Part shown: in pieces, positions 29,290 through 38,145 of the stretch | How the letters are laid out: each line of letters starts with the position of its first letter | Numbering within the stretch: position 1 is the stretch's first letter | Assembly (NCBI GenBank): GCA_963766655.1 | Contig: CAVYBB010000001.1 | Coordinates: forward strand, 260,474 to 324,473 | From: an uncultured Chloroflexia bacterium | GTDB taxonomy: Bacteria > Chloroflexota > Limnocylindria > Limnocylindrales > CSP1-4 | Direction of reading: 5' to 3' | Length of the DNA stretch: 64,000 nucleotides | The notes under the pieces: generated by a model | Told to the model about the DNA's origin: nothing | Databases searched by the model: none | Seen by the model: only the letters and a program-made list of their open reading frames with translations | Program-made: the position numbers and the translations under genes

Positions 29290-30072
29290 GTGATGGACGA
29301 CCCGATGGCACCGGCGTTCCGGGCGCTTGGCGACCCGAGCCGGCGGCTGCTTCTCGATCGGCTCTTCGAGCGCGATGGCCAGACGCTCGGTGAGTTGTGC
29401 GCATATCTGCCGTCGATGACCCGGTTCGGGGTCATGCGGCACCTGGGCGTGCTCGAGGAGGCGGGTCTCGTCACGACGCGCAGGGAGGGCCGCGAGAAGC
29501 GGCACTTCCTGAACCCGGTCCCGATCAGGCTCGTCCACGATCGCTGGATCAGCAAGTTCGCAGAGCCCGTCGTCGGTGCGATGGCGGCCATCAAGACCAA
29601 TCTGGAGGCCGAAGCGATGTCCAGCCCCGATCACGTCTACGCCGTCTACATCAAGGCATCGCCCGACCGGGTCTGGCGAGCGGTCACCGACGGGGTCGAG
29701 ACCGAGAAGTACTACTACGGCACCCGCGTGACCTCCGACTGGTCGAAGGGCGGCCGGATCGTGTACGAGTACCCGGACGGTTCGGTCGCGGCCGACGGCG
29801 AGGTCCTCGAGATCGACCCGGGCCGGCTGGTCACGATGACCTTCCACGCCCACTGGGACCCCGAGGTCGAGGCCGCGGGGCCGGTGAGGATGACGTGGGA
29901 GATCGAACCGACCGACGACGGCGCATCGAAGCTCACGGTCACGACCGCGGGCCTCGTCGCCGGGTCGAAGATGGCCGAGGAGTTCTCCGGCGGAATCGTG
30001 TACATCGTCTCGGGCCTCAAGACGCTCGTCGAGACGGGCGTCCCGATGGCGGTCCCGGTCGAGGCGAGCTGA
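29290..30072 (+). CDS. ArsR-type HTH fused to an SRPBCC/AHSA1-like domain
   Basis: FRALGDPSRRLLLDRL...GELCAYLPSMTRFGVMRHLGVLEEAGLV, then an AHSA1-like C-domain. TATAGT at 29276-29281 lies just before GTG 29290, suggesting a possibly leaderless mRNA. Confidence 0.8.
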   Translation: MMDDPMAPAFRALGDPSRRLLLDRLFERDGQTLGELCAYLPSMTRFGVMRHLGVLEEAGLVTTRREGREKRHFLNPVPIRLVHDRWISKFAEPVVGAMAAIKTNLEAEAMSSPDHVYAVYIKASPDRVWRAVTDGVETEKYYYGTRVTSDWSKGGRIVYEYPDGSVAADGEVLEIDPGRLVTMTFHAHWDPEVEAAGPVRMTWEIEPTDDGASKLTVTTAGLVAGSKMAEEFSGGIVYIVSGLKTLVETGVPMAVPVEAS

Positions 30073-30463
30073 CCGCGCGAGGCCGGCTTCGCGGCGCCTT
30101 TCCGGATGATCCGAACACCGTCCCGGCGTTCAGCGCCCAGCAAGACTCGCGCCCCCAATTTACAGGTGCGACGAACTTGCCTTGAGCACGGCCGGCGAGG
30201 GGCAGGCGCCGCGTGACGGCGGTATCCGTCCCTCACCAGGCGTCGGCCTTCGAATGATCCGAAAAGAAGGCGGCGCGCCCCGTCCCGCCCCGCCGGGCCT
30301 TCCCAGATTCCCATCGTGCGGGTAGTAGCGAAGAGCACGCGCCCATGCCACGCCCCAGGCGCCGCGGTCCACGCACGCGCCGCACCGGATCCGTGGCCAG
30401 TCGCCTCTTACTACCCGCACCACGGGCGCTACGGCGCCCCTCGTTGCGTACCGCCCGCACCAC

Positions 30464-30505
30464 GGGAATCCGGGGACGGGAATCCGGGGACGGGAATCCG
30501 GGGAC
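30464..30505. repeat. 14-bp tandem repeat GGGAATCCGGGGAC x3
   Basis: Read directly. Confidence 0.9.
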
Positions 30506-30547
30506 GGGATGGGCACGACCGCGAGTCCCGGTGAACCGCCCGTCGCG

Positions 30548-30627
30548 GCGCGGGCCCCGGTCCCCGGGCGCGGGCCCCGGTCCCCGGGCGCGGGCCCCGG
30601 CCGCGAGCGCGGGCCCGGTCCCCGGGC
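30548..30627. repeat. 20-bp tandem repeat CGGGCCCCGGTCCCCGGGCG (2 perfect units and 1 diverged)
   Basis: Read directly. Units contain CCCGGG-centred palindromes. Confidence 0.85.
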
Positions 30628-30818
30628 ATCTACCCTTCACCGGGGCCGGGCCTCCCCCCATATGCCCGTGCCGCGGGTAGTAACGAAGAGGACGCGCCCG
30701 ATCCGCCCGCCAGGCGCCGCGGTCCACGCACGCGCCGCACCGGATCCGTGGCCAGTCGCCTCTTACTACCCGCACCACGGGCGCTACGGCGCCCCATGTT
30801 GCGTACCGCCCGCACCAC

Positions 30819-30874
30819 GGGAATCCGGGGACGGGAATCCGGGGACGGGAATCCGGGGACGGGAATCCGGGGAC
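30819..30874. repeat. 14-bp tandem repeat GGGAATCCGGGGAC x4
   Basis: Read directly. One unit more than in the first module. Confidence 0.9.
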
Positions 30875-31112
30875 GAGATCGGCGCGACCGCGAGTCCCGG
30901 TGAACCGCCCGTCGCGGCGCCAACCCCTCGCAACCGTCCCGCATTCTCGTTGACGCTGAAACTACCCGCAGCGCATACTCGTACCTCACAGCACGGACCC
31001 CGGCCGGACCGCCGCGTATCGGATCGGCTGTCGGCCCGACCGCCACCGCCGAGCCCGTCCGGTCCGACGGGCCGAGCCTGAGGGGGCACTTGGTGAGGAG
31101 GACGGTCGCGCG

Positions 31113-31988
31113 ATGATTCCCGCCACGTTCGACTACGTGCGTCCAGCGGATCTGGACGAAGCCTTGAGGATCCTGACTGAACGCGAGGGGGAGGCGAAGA
31201 TCCTCGCCGGCGGCTACAGCCTCATTCCGCTGCTCAAGCTGCGGCTCGCCGCGCCGGGTCTGCTCGTCGACCTGCGCGATGTCGGGGGACTCGACGGGAT
31301 CGTCGAAACCGACGACGAGGTCCGGATCGGGGCCCGGGCGACCCACCGCCAGATCCACGAGAACCAGATCGTCGTCGACCACATGCCGCTCGTCCACGAT
31401 GCGGCGGGCGGAATCGGCGACCCGCAGGTCCGCAACTCCGGGACGATCGGCGGATCGTGTGCCCACGCCGACCCGTCCTCGGACTGGCCGGCGGTCCTGC
31501 TCGCGACCCGCGCATCGCTGGTCTGCCGGAGCGCGAAGGGCGAGCGGGTGATCCCGGCGCGCGAGTTCTTCCTCGACACGTTCACCACGGCGATCGAACC
31601 GACCGAGGTCCTCACGGAAGTCCGGATCCCGCGTCGCTCCCATCACGCCGCCGGCGCCTACCAGAAGCTGGAGCGCCGGGCCGGTGACTTCGCGACCGTC
31701 GGAGCGGCGGTCGTCGTGAGACTGGCGGCCGACGGTCGGATCGAAGGGGCCGGGATCGGGCTGACCGCCGTCGCGGACACCCCCTTCGCGGCGACCGACG
31801 CTGAGGCCGTCCTGGCCGGCCAGGCCCCAACCGAAGAGCTCTACCGCGCGGCCGGCGATGCCGCCGCTGCCCAGAGCAGCCCCGGAGACGACAGCCACGG
31901 TCCCGCCGACTACAAACGGGCGATGGTGTCGGAGATGGTCGTCCGGGCACTCCGGATCGCCGTCGATCGCGCCCGCGCGTACGCATAA
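31113..31988 (+). CDS. coxM: CO dehydrogenase FAD-binding medium subunit
   Basis: [13 protein letters not shown] and [16 protein letters not shown] motifs. First gene of an M-S-L operon whose L subunit carries the form I loop. Confidence 0.9.
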   Translation: MIPATFDYVRPADLDEALRILTEREGEAKILAGGYSLIPLLKLRLAAPGLLVDLRDVGGLDGIVETDDEVRIGARATHRQIHENQIVVDHMPLVHDAAGGIGDPQVRNSGTIGGSCAHADPSSDWPAVLLATRASLVCRSAKGERVIPAREFFLDTFTTAIEPTEVLTEVRIPRRSHHAAGAYQKLERRAGDFATVGAAVVVRLAADGRIEGAGIGLTAVADTPFAATDAEAVLAGQAPTEELYRAAGDAAAAQSSPGDDSHGPADYKRAMVSEMVVRALRIAVDRARAYA

Positions 31989-31999
31989 GGGAGACGAAC

Positions 32000-32548
32000 G
32001 TGACGACGCACCATGTCCGACTCACCGTCAACGGCGAAACCAGGGAGGCCGACGTCGAGCCGCGCCTCCTGCTCGTCCACCTTCTCCGCGACATCTTCCT
32101 GCTGACCGGCACCCATATCGGCTGCGACACGAGCAACTGCGGCGCGTGCACGATTCACGTCAACGGCAACAGCGTCAAGTCGTGCACGATGCTCGCCGTC
32201 CAGGCGGACGGCGCCGACATCAAGACGATCGAGGGGATGGCCGACGGCGCCACCCTCCATGCGCTCCAGCAGGCGTTCTGGGACCAGCACGGCCTCCAGT
32301 GCGGCTTCTGCACCCCGGGCATGATCATGCAGGCGGCCTGGCTCCTCGACCAGAACGAGAAGCCGAGCGAAGCGGAGATCCGCGAGGGGATCAGCGGCAA
32401 CCTCTGTCGCTGCACCGGCTACGTCAACATCGTCAAGTCGATCCAGCAGGCGTCGGGCCAGCTGGTGGCGAGCAAATCGGCGCCCGTCGAGGCCGCGGCA
32501 ACGGTCGACGGCCAGGAAGTCTCGGCCGAGCCGGCCGCGGCCGGTTGA
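32000..32548 (+). CDS. coxS: CO dehydrogenase (2Fe-2S) small subunit
   Basis: GTG 32000. [11 protein letters not shown] and CGFCTPG...CRCTGY motifs. Confidence 0.9.
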   Translation: MTTHHVRLTVNGETREADVEPRLLLVHLLRDIFLLTGTHIGCDTSNCGACTIHVNGNSVKSCTMLAVQADGADIKTIEGMADGATLHALQQAFWDQHGLQCGFCTPGMIMQAAWLLDQNEKPSEAEIREGISGNLCRCTGYVNIVKSIQQASGQLVASKSAPVEAAATVDGQEVSAEPAAAG

Positions 32549-32561
32549 GGGGAGTCACGAG

Positions 32562-34950
32562 ATGACAACAGAGCAGCAGCTCCAGACGACCCCCGAAGTC
32601 GGCGGGATGGGCCACTCGGTCAAACGCAAGGAGGATCCGCGGTTCATCCGCGGCGCCGGCGAGTACATCGACGACCTCGTCCTGCCGGGGATGCTCTGGC
32701 TCGACATCGTCCGCAGCCCATACGCCCACGCGACGATCAAGAGCATCGACTCGAGCGAGGCACTCAAGGTCCCCGGCGTGCTCGCGGTGATCACGGGCAA
32801 GGACCTGGAGGGCTACAAGCTCCACTGGATGCCGACCCTGGCGGGCGACATGCAGATGGTGCTGCCGACGGACACGGTGATGTATCAGGCGCAGGAGGTC
32901 GCCGCGGTCATCGCGACGTCCCGCTACGCGGCGGCCGACGGCGTCGCGGCCGTCCTCGTCGATTACGAGCCGCTGCCCGTGATCGTCGACCCGTTCAAGG
33001 CCCTCGAGGAAGGCGCGTTCGTCCTCCGCCCGGATCGCGGGCCGGACAAGCAGAACAATCACATCTGGCACTGGGAATCGGGCGACAAGGGCAAGGCCGA
33101 CGCGGCGCTCGCCTCGGCCGACGTCACGGTCTCCGAGGACATCTACATCCCCCGGATCCATGTCGCGTCGATCGAGACATGCGGCTGCGTCGCCGACTGG
33201 AACCCGGTCCGCCAGCATCTCGACCTTCACATGACCAGCCAGGCGCCGCATGCCATCCGGACCGTCATCGCGCTCGTCGCGGCGGGGGCCGGGCTGCCGA
33301 TCTCCGAGCAGAACATCCGGGTGAAGACCCACGATATCGGCGGCGGGTTCGGCGGCAAGGTTCCGGTCTACCCGGGGTACGTCCTCGCCGTCGCGGCCTC
33401 GTTCCTGATCGGCAAGCCGGTCAAGTGGATCGAGGATCGGTCGGAGAACCTCCAGGCCAATTCGTTCGCCCGCGACTACCACATCCATGCCGAAATGGGC
33501 GCGACCAAGGACGGCAAGATCACCGGCCTCAAGGTCAAGACGATCGCCGACCACGGCTACACCGACGCCGCGGCCGACCCCTCGAAGTTCCCGGCTGGCC
33601 TGTTCAACGTTATCACCGGCTCGTACGACTTCCCGAATGCCTTCGTCGAGGTCGACGGCGTCTACACGAACAAGCCGCCGGGCGGCGTCGCCTACCGCTG
33701 CTCGTTCCGAGTGACCGAAGCGGTCCACGCGATCGAGCGGATGGTCGACATCCTCGCCCACGACATCGGCAAGGACCCGGCCCAGCTGCGGATGGAGAAC
33801 TTCATCCAGCCTGAGCAGTTCCCGTACAAGACGCCGACCGGCTGGGAGTACGACTCGGGCAACTACCCGGCCGCACTCCAGAAGGCGATGGACATCATCG
33901 ATTACCCCGGCCTGCGCCGGGAGCAGGCGGAGAAGCGGGCCCGCGGCGAGCTCATGGGGATCGGCATCAGCTCGTTCACCGAGATCGTCGGCGCCGGGCC
34001 GTCGCACGACTTCGACATCCTCGGGATCAAGATGTTCGACTCGTGCGAGATCCGGGTCCATCCGACCGGCAAGGTTCTCGCCCGGCTCGGCGTCCAGAGT
34101 CAGGGCCAGGGCCACGAGACGACGTTCGCCCAGATCATCGCCGAGGAGCTCGGGTTCCCGGTCGCCGACATCAAGATCGAGGAAGGCGACACCGACACCG
34201 CGCCGTACGGCCTTGGGACGTATGCCTCGCGCTCGACGCCGGTTGCCGGCGCCGCCACGGCGATGGCCGCCCGCAAGATCAAGGACAAGGCTCGCAAGAT
34301 CGCCGCCCACCTCCTCGAGGCCAATGAGGACGACCTCGAGTGGACGAACGGCAAGTTCAGCGTGAAGGGCTCGCCGGATCGGTCCAAGACCATCCAGGAG
34401 ATCGCGTTCGCCGCGTACACCAACCATCCGCAGGGGATGGAGGCAGGCCTCGAGGCGGTCGACTACTACGATCCGCCGAACCTGACCTTCCCGTTCGGCA
34501 GACTACATCTGCGTCGTCGACATCGACAAGGGCACCGGGCAGATCCACATCCGCCGCTTCGTGGCTGTCGACGACTGCGGCAATATCATCAACCCGATGA
34601 TCGTCGACGGACAGATCCATGGCGGCCTGACGATGGGCCTCGCCCCGGCTCTGTACGAGTCGATCACCTACGACGAGAACGGCACGAACCAGGCCGGAAC
34701 CTTCATGGACTACCTCCTGCCGACCGCGATGGAGACCCCCGCCTGGGAGGTCGCCAAGACCGTGACGCCGTCCCCGCATCACCCGATCGGGGCGAAGGGA
34801 GTGGGCGAGTCGGCCACGGTCGGCGCTCCGCCGGCCATCGTCAATGCCGTCGTCGATGCCCTCTGGCATCTCGGCGTCCGGAATATCGACATCCCGATGA
34901 CCCCGCAGAAGATCTGGAAGATCCTTCGCGAGAAGGGAGTGACGGCCTGA
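32562..34950 (+). CDS. coxL: form I aerobic CO dehydrogenase large subunit; one extra nucleotide at 34500-34503 breaks the frame
   Basis: VAYRCSFR active-site loop at 33690-33710. The C-terminal 149 codons continue in the frame of ORF 34561..34950 (YICVVDIDKGTGQIHIRRFVAVDDCGNIINP). Confidence 0.85.
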
Positions 34951-35996
34951 CGGCGCCGCAGCCGGGCGCGCGCGACCTGTTTGCGCGCGCCTCGGAACTC
35001 GCCCGGGCCGGGCAGCCGTTCGCGTTTGCCACGGTCGTTGCGGTTGCCCGTCCGACATCCGCCCGACCCGGGGCCCACGGGATCGTCCACCCGGATGGCT
35101 CCATCGAGGGCTGGGTCGGTGGCTCGTGTGCCCAGCCGGTCGTCGTCCGCGAAGCGCTCCATGCCCTCGCCGACGGCCAGCCGAGGCTCCTCCGCCTGTC
35201 CAAGGATGCCCCTGCCGAGGGTCGCCGCGGCGATGGCATCATCGAGTTGGTGATGACCTGCCACTCCGGGGGAACGCTGGAGATCTACGTGGAACCGAAC
35301 CTCCCGGCGCCGCTCCTGTGGGTGGCCGGCACGACACCGATCGCCGGGGCCCTCGTGGATCTCGGGACGGCCGCCGGCTTCACGGTCACCCTGTTCGACC
35401 CGATCGCCGAGCCGTCCGCCTTCCCGAAGGCCGCCGAGGTCCGGACGGACACGAACCTCGTCGCCGTCGAGCCCGGGGCGAGCCCGTACATCGTCGTCGC
35501 GACACAGGGCCAGTGGGACGAGGAGGCGCTCGCCGGCGCCCTCCGGCGCGACGCCCGCTACGTCGGGCTGGTCGCCTCACCGACGCGGGCGGTGGCCGTC
35601 CGGGCCTGGCTCCGCGACGAGACCGGCCTCGCCGAAGAGCGCCTCGCGGCCCTCCGGGCGCCGGCCGGGATGGATCTCGGGGCGGAGACGCCCGAGGAGG
35701 TCGCCCTCTCGATCCTCGCCGAGCTCATCCAGGTCCGGCGCGGCCGGGCGACATTCGTCGCCTCACCGGGTCCGGCGACGATCGCCGGGGTGGCGGCCGG
35801 CACGTCGATCGCCACGGCCGCCGACGACATCGTCCTGCTCGATCCCGTCTGCGGCATGACGGTCCTGCGCGACCACGCGAGGCACCTCGCCGAGCACGAG
35901 GGCGTCGTCTACGCGTTCTGCAGCCTCGGCTGCCGGACCCGCTTCTCCAAGGACCCGGCAGCGTTCCTGCCGGACTCGATCCCATCCGAGACCTGA
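34947..35996 (+). CDS. XdhC-family maturation protein fused to a C-terminal YHS (TRASH-like metal-binding) domain
   Basis: GWVGGSCAQP and Rossmann-like LLWVAGTTPIA, then DPVCGMTV...YAFCSLGCRTRFSKDP (about 35841-35966). No ATG/GTG/TTG in frame; CTG 34947 is the only candidate start. Confidence 0.7.
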   Translation: MTAPQPGARDLFARASELARAGQPFAFATVVAVARPTSARPGAHGIVHPDGSIEGWVGGSCAQPVVVREALHALADGQPRLLRLSKDAPAEGRRGDGIIELVMTCHSGGTLEIYVEPNLPAPLLWVAGTTPIAGALVDLGTAAGFTVTLFDPIAEPSAFPKAAEVRTDTNLVAVEPGASPYIVVATQGQWDEEALAGALRRDARYVGLVASPTRAVAVRAWLRDETGLAEERLAALRAPAGMDLGAETPEEVALSILAELIQVRRGRATFVASPGPATIAGVAAGTSIATAADDIVLLDPVCGMTVLRDHARHLAEHEGVVYAFCSLGCRTRFSKDPAAFLPDSIPSET

Positions 35997-36027
35997 CCCG
36001 TTCCCCGGCACGGAGGAAAACCACCCG

Positions 36028-36468
36028 ATGAAGTTCGAAGGCACCGTCGAGATCAAGGCGCCGCGGCAGCGCGTCTGGGACTTCCTCATGGACCCGAACC
36101 AGGTGGGTCCGTGCGGGCCGGGCGTGGAGAAGATCGAGATCGTCGATGAGACCCACTTCAAGGCGACGGCCAAGGTCGGCGTCGGGTTCATTAGCGCCCG
36201 GTTCGCCATCAACATGGAGTTCGCCGAGCGCGATGCGCCGGACAGGGCCGTGATCAAGGCCCGAGGGCAGGCGCCGGGGAGCGCGGTCGACGCGACCTCG
36301 ACGATGGCGCTTCGCGACGGCCCCGACGGCGGGACCGTGATGGACTGGACGGCGGACGTCCTGATCGGCGGATCGCTCGCCAGCGTCGGGGCCAGGCTGA
36401 TCGAGGGAACCGCAAACAAGATGATCGGCCAGACCTTCGAGTGCATCCGGACGAAGCTCGAGGCCTGA
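36028..36468 (+). CDS. coxG: CoxG-type SRPBCC protein
   Basis: MKFEGTVEIKAPRQRVWDFLMDPNQV...SLASVGARLIEGTANKM is typical of CoxG. Confidence 0.85.
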   Translation: MKFEGTVEIKAPRQRVWDFLMDPNQVGPCGPGVEKIEIVDETHFKATAKVGVGFISARFAINMEFAERDAPDRAVIKARGQAPGSAVDATSTMALRDGPDGGTVMDWTADVLIGGSLASVGARLIEGTANKMIGQTFECIRTKLEA

Positions 36469-36490
36469 GCAGGACGGGCGGTCCCCGGGA

Positions 36491-37129
36491 ATGGAACGCC
36501 TCCTCCGCGTCGTCGGGCCGGTCGCCACGAACGTCCACGTGCTCGCCGACCCTCACTCCCGCGAGGCGATCGCGATCGACACGGCCACGCCGTCGCTGGC
36601 CTGGATCCGGGACGAGCTCGCCGCCCGCGACTGGACCCTGAAGCTGATCGTGTCGACCCACGGCCACTGGGACCACATCGGCGACAACGCCGCGGTAGCT
36701 GCCCACACCGGCGCCGAGATCGCCGTCCATCCGCTCGATCGATCCCGGCTCGAGAATCCGGAACCGCTCTTTGCCCCGTTCGAGATCCCGCCGTCCGTGC
36801 CCGCCGTGGAGCTGGCGGAGGGTGGTGAGATCCGGTTCGGCGGGATCCGCCTGTCGGTGATCCACACCCCCGGTCACACGGAGGGCTCGGTCTGCCTCTA
36901 CGCCGCCGATGACGGGATGCTGTTCAGCGGGGACACGTTGTTCGCCGGTGGCTGGGGGCGGATCGATCTGCCCGGCGGTAACGAGGCGGCGATGGTCGAG
37001 TCGCTGGGTCGCCTGACGACGTTCGAGGATCGGACCGCGGTCCTGCCGGGCCACGGCAGCGCGACGACGATCGGGCGCGAGCGGCCCTGGCTCGAGCTGG
37101 TGCGCGACGGGCGGCGGCTCTTCGCCTAG
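36491..37129 (+). CDS. MBL-fold metallo-hydrolase (glyoxalase II-like)
   Basis: THGHWDHIGDN and HTPGHTEGS motifs. Confidence 0.85.
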   Translation: MERLLRVVGPVATNVHVLADPHSREAIAIDTATPSLAWIRDELAARDWTLKLIVSTHGHWDHIGDNAAVAAHTGAEIAVHPLDRSRLENPEPLFAPFEIPPSVPAVELAEGGEIRFGGIRLSVIHTPGHTEGSVCLYAADDGMLFSGDTLFAGGWGRIDLPGGNEAAMVESLGRLTTFEDRTAVLPGHGSATTIGRERPWLELVRDGRRLFA

Positions 37130-38106
37130 GGGCCGTTCCTGAGGTTGCTGGTGTCCACGACCTCGAAATCCGAGCCAAGGACAAGCTGCAGCTTGTGCAG
37201 GCCGTCATCGTCCCAGCGCGGGTCCGGCGCCCCGGAGATGTAGTAGGCGGAGCCGTTGTCGGCGAGGATCATCCCGTACTTCTTGAGGGCGGTGAGGATC
37301 ACCTTCGACTGCTTGCTGTAGTGGCTGATATCAACGTTCGCCTTGAGTCGAAGGCGGAGCCCCATCGGCGGGTAGTTCGCGCCGCTCTTGTCGCTGGCGG
37401 CGTGGCGGGCCGGGTAGATGTACGTGTTGCGCGTCTCGGGGACCGTGAACCGGATCGCGTGGTTGATGACCCCGGCCTTGACCTCGTCATAGCGGACGAG
37501 CCCCGGGTAGATCGGCAGGCCCGCCGCGTCGGCCGACGTCCAGCCGGCGTGTCGCAAGGCGTTCGACTTCAGGTCGTAGATCGCGCCGGATCCTGCGGTC
37601 CACTGGCTGCCGTTCTTCTCCGCGAGATACAGCTCCCAGAGCTTGCACGCCGACGTATCGATCATCAGCAGGTGTCGGTCGCCTTGGCCTGGAGCCCCTT
37701 CGATCTTCGGGGAAGCAGGGATCGGGTATTTCCCGTGGTCCGACTCGTCGTCGTACTCGAAGGACACCGTCTTCTTCGGGGTTGACGCGTTGACCACGTT
37801 GATCGGGATTCCGTAGCCGGCGAACGTTCCGAAGTCCGGATGGAGGGTCTTCGCCAGGCCCATAGTCTTCATCAGTGTCGAGGAGTCAGCGCTCGGCTGA
37901 AGCGTGTTGACCGGCTTGTTCCAGACGTTCGTGGCGGGCAGGATCGGGCACCCGCGCCCGTTGACGATCACGCTGCGCGCGTTGGCGACACCGATCGAGC
38001 CCACGACCAGCGCGATCGCGACCGCGCCCAGGACCGCGAAGCGGCGGCGAACGACGTGTCGATCCGGCATGGGGCCCATGGTCGCTCCGATCGGCCGCGG
38101 CGTCAC
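37126..38106 (-). CDS. secreted or membrane-anchored hypothetical protein
   Basis: N-terminal TM/signal FAVLGAVAIALVVGSIGVANA. Intact 326 aa. Internal ATGs at 38079/38070 are possible starts. Confidence 0.65.
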   Translation of the reverse strand: MTPRPIGATMGPMPDRHVVRRRFAVLGAVAIALVVGSIGVANARSVIVNGRGCPILPATNVWNKPVNTLQPSADSSTLMKTMGLAKTLHPDFGTFAGYGIPINVVNASTPKKTVSFEYDDESDHGKYPIPASPKIEGAPGQGDRHLLMIDTSACKLWELYLAEKNGSQWTAGSGAIYDLKSNALRHAGWTSADAAGLPIYPGLVRYDEVKAGVINHAIRFTVPETRNTYIYPARHAASDKSGANYPPMGLRLRLKANVDISHYSKQSKVILTALKKYGMILADNGSAYYISGAPDPRWDDDGLHKLQLVLGSDFEVVDTSNLRNGP

Positions 38107-38145
38107 CTGACCTGATGGTCCCGATCTGCGACCTGCGCCGTCACC

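Larger units (their letters stand above)
30293..30920. repeat. two near-identical copies (355-bp period) of a composite non-coding module separated by a 20-bp tandem repeat
   Basis: Copies at 30293-30551 and 30645-30920. Each has a 101-nt hairpin, a duplicated CCCGCACCACGGG, a 14-bp tandem array and a shared 36-nt tail. Confidence 0.85.

Noticed and set aside
30293-30920. CRISPR array.
   Set aside because: The 14-bp and 20-bp units are directly tandem with no spacers. The larger modules repeat only twice at a 355-bp period. No cas genes are in the window.
32562-35996. A 1,144-aa CoxL-XdhC fusion ORF.
   Set aside because: Residues after FPFG are nonsense-like until the XdhC part. The true CoxL C-terminus is in ORF 34561..34950, with a stop at 34948-34950.
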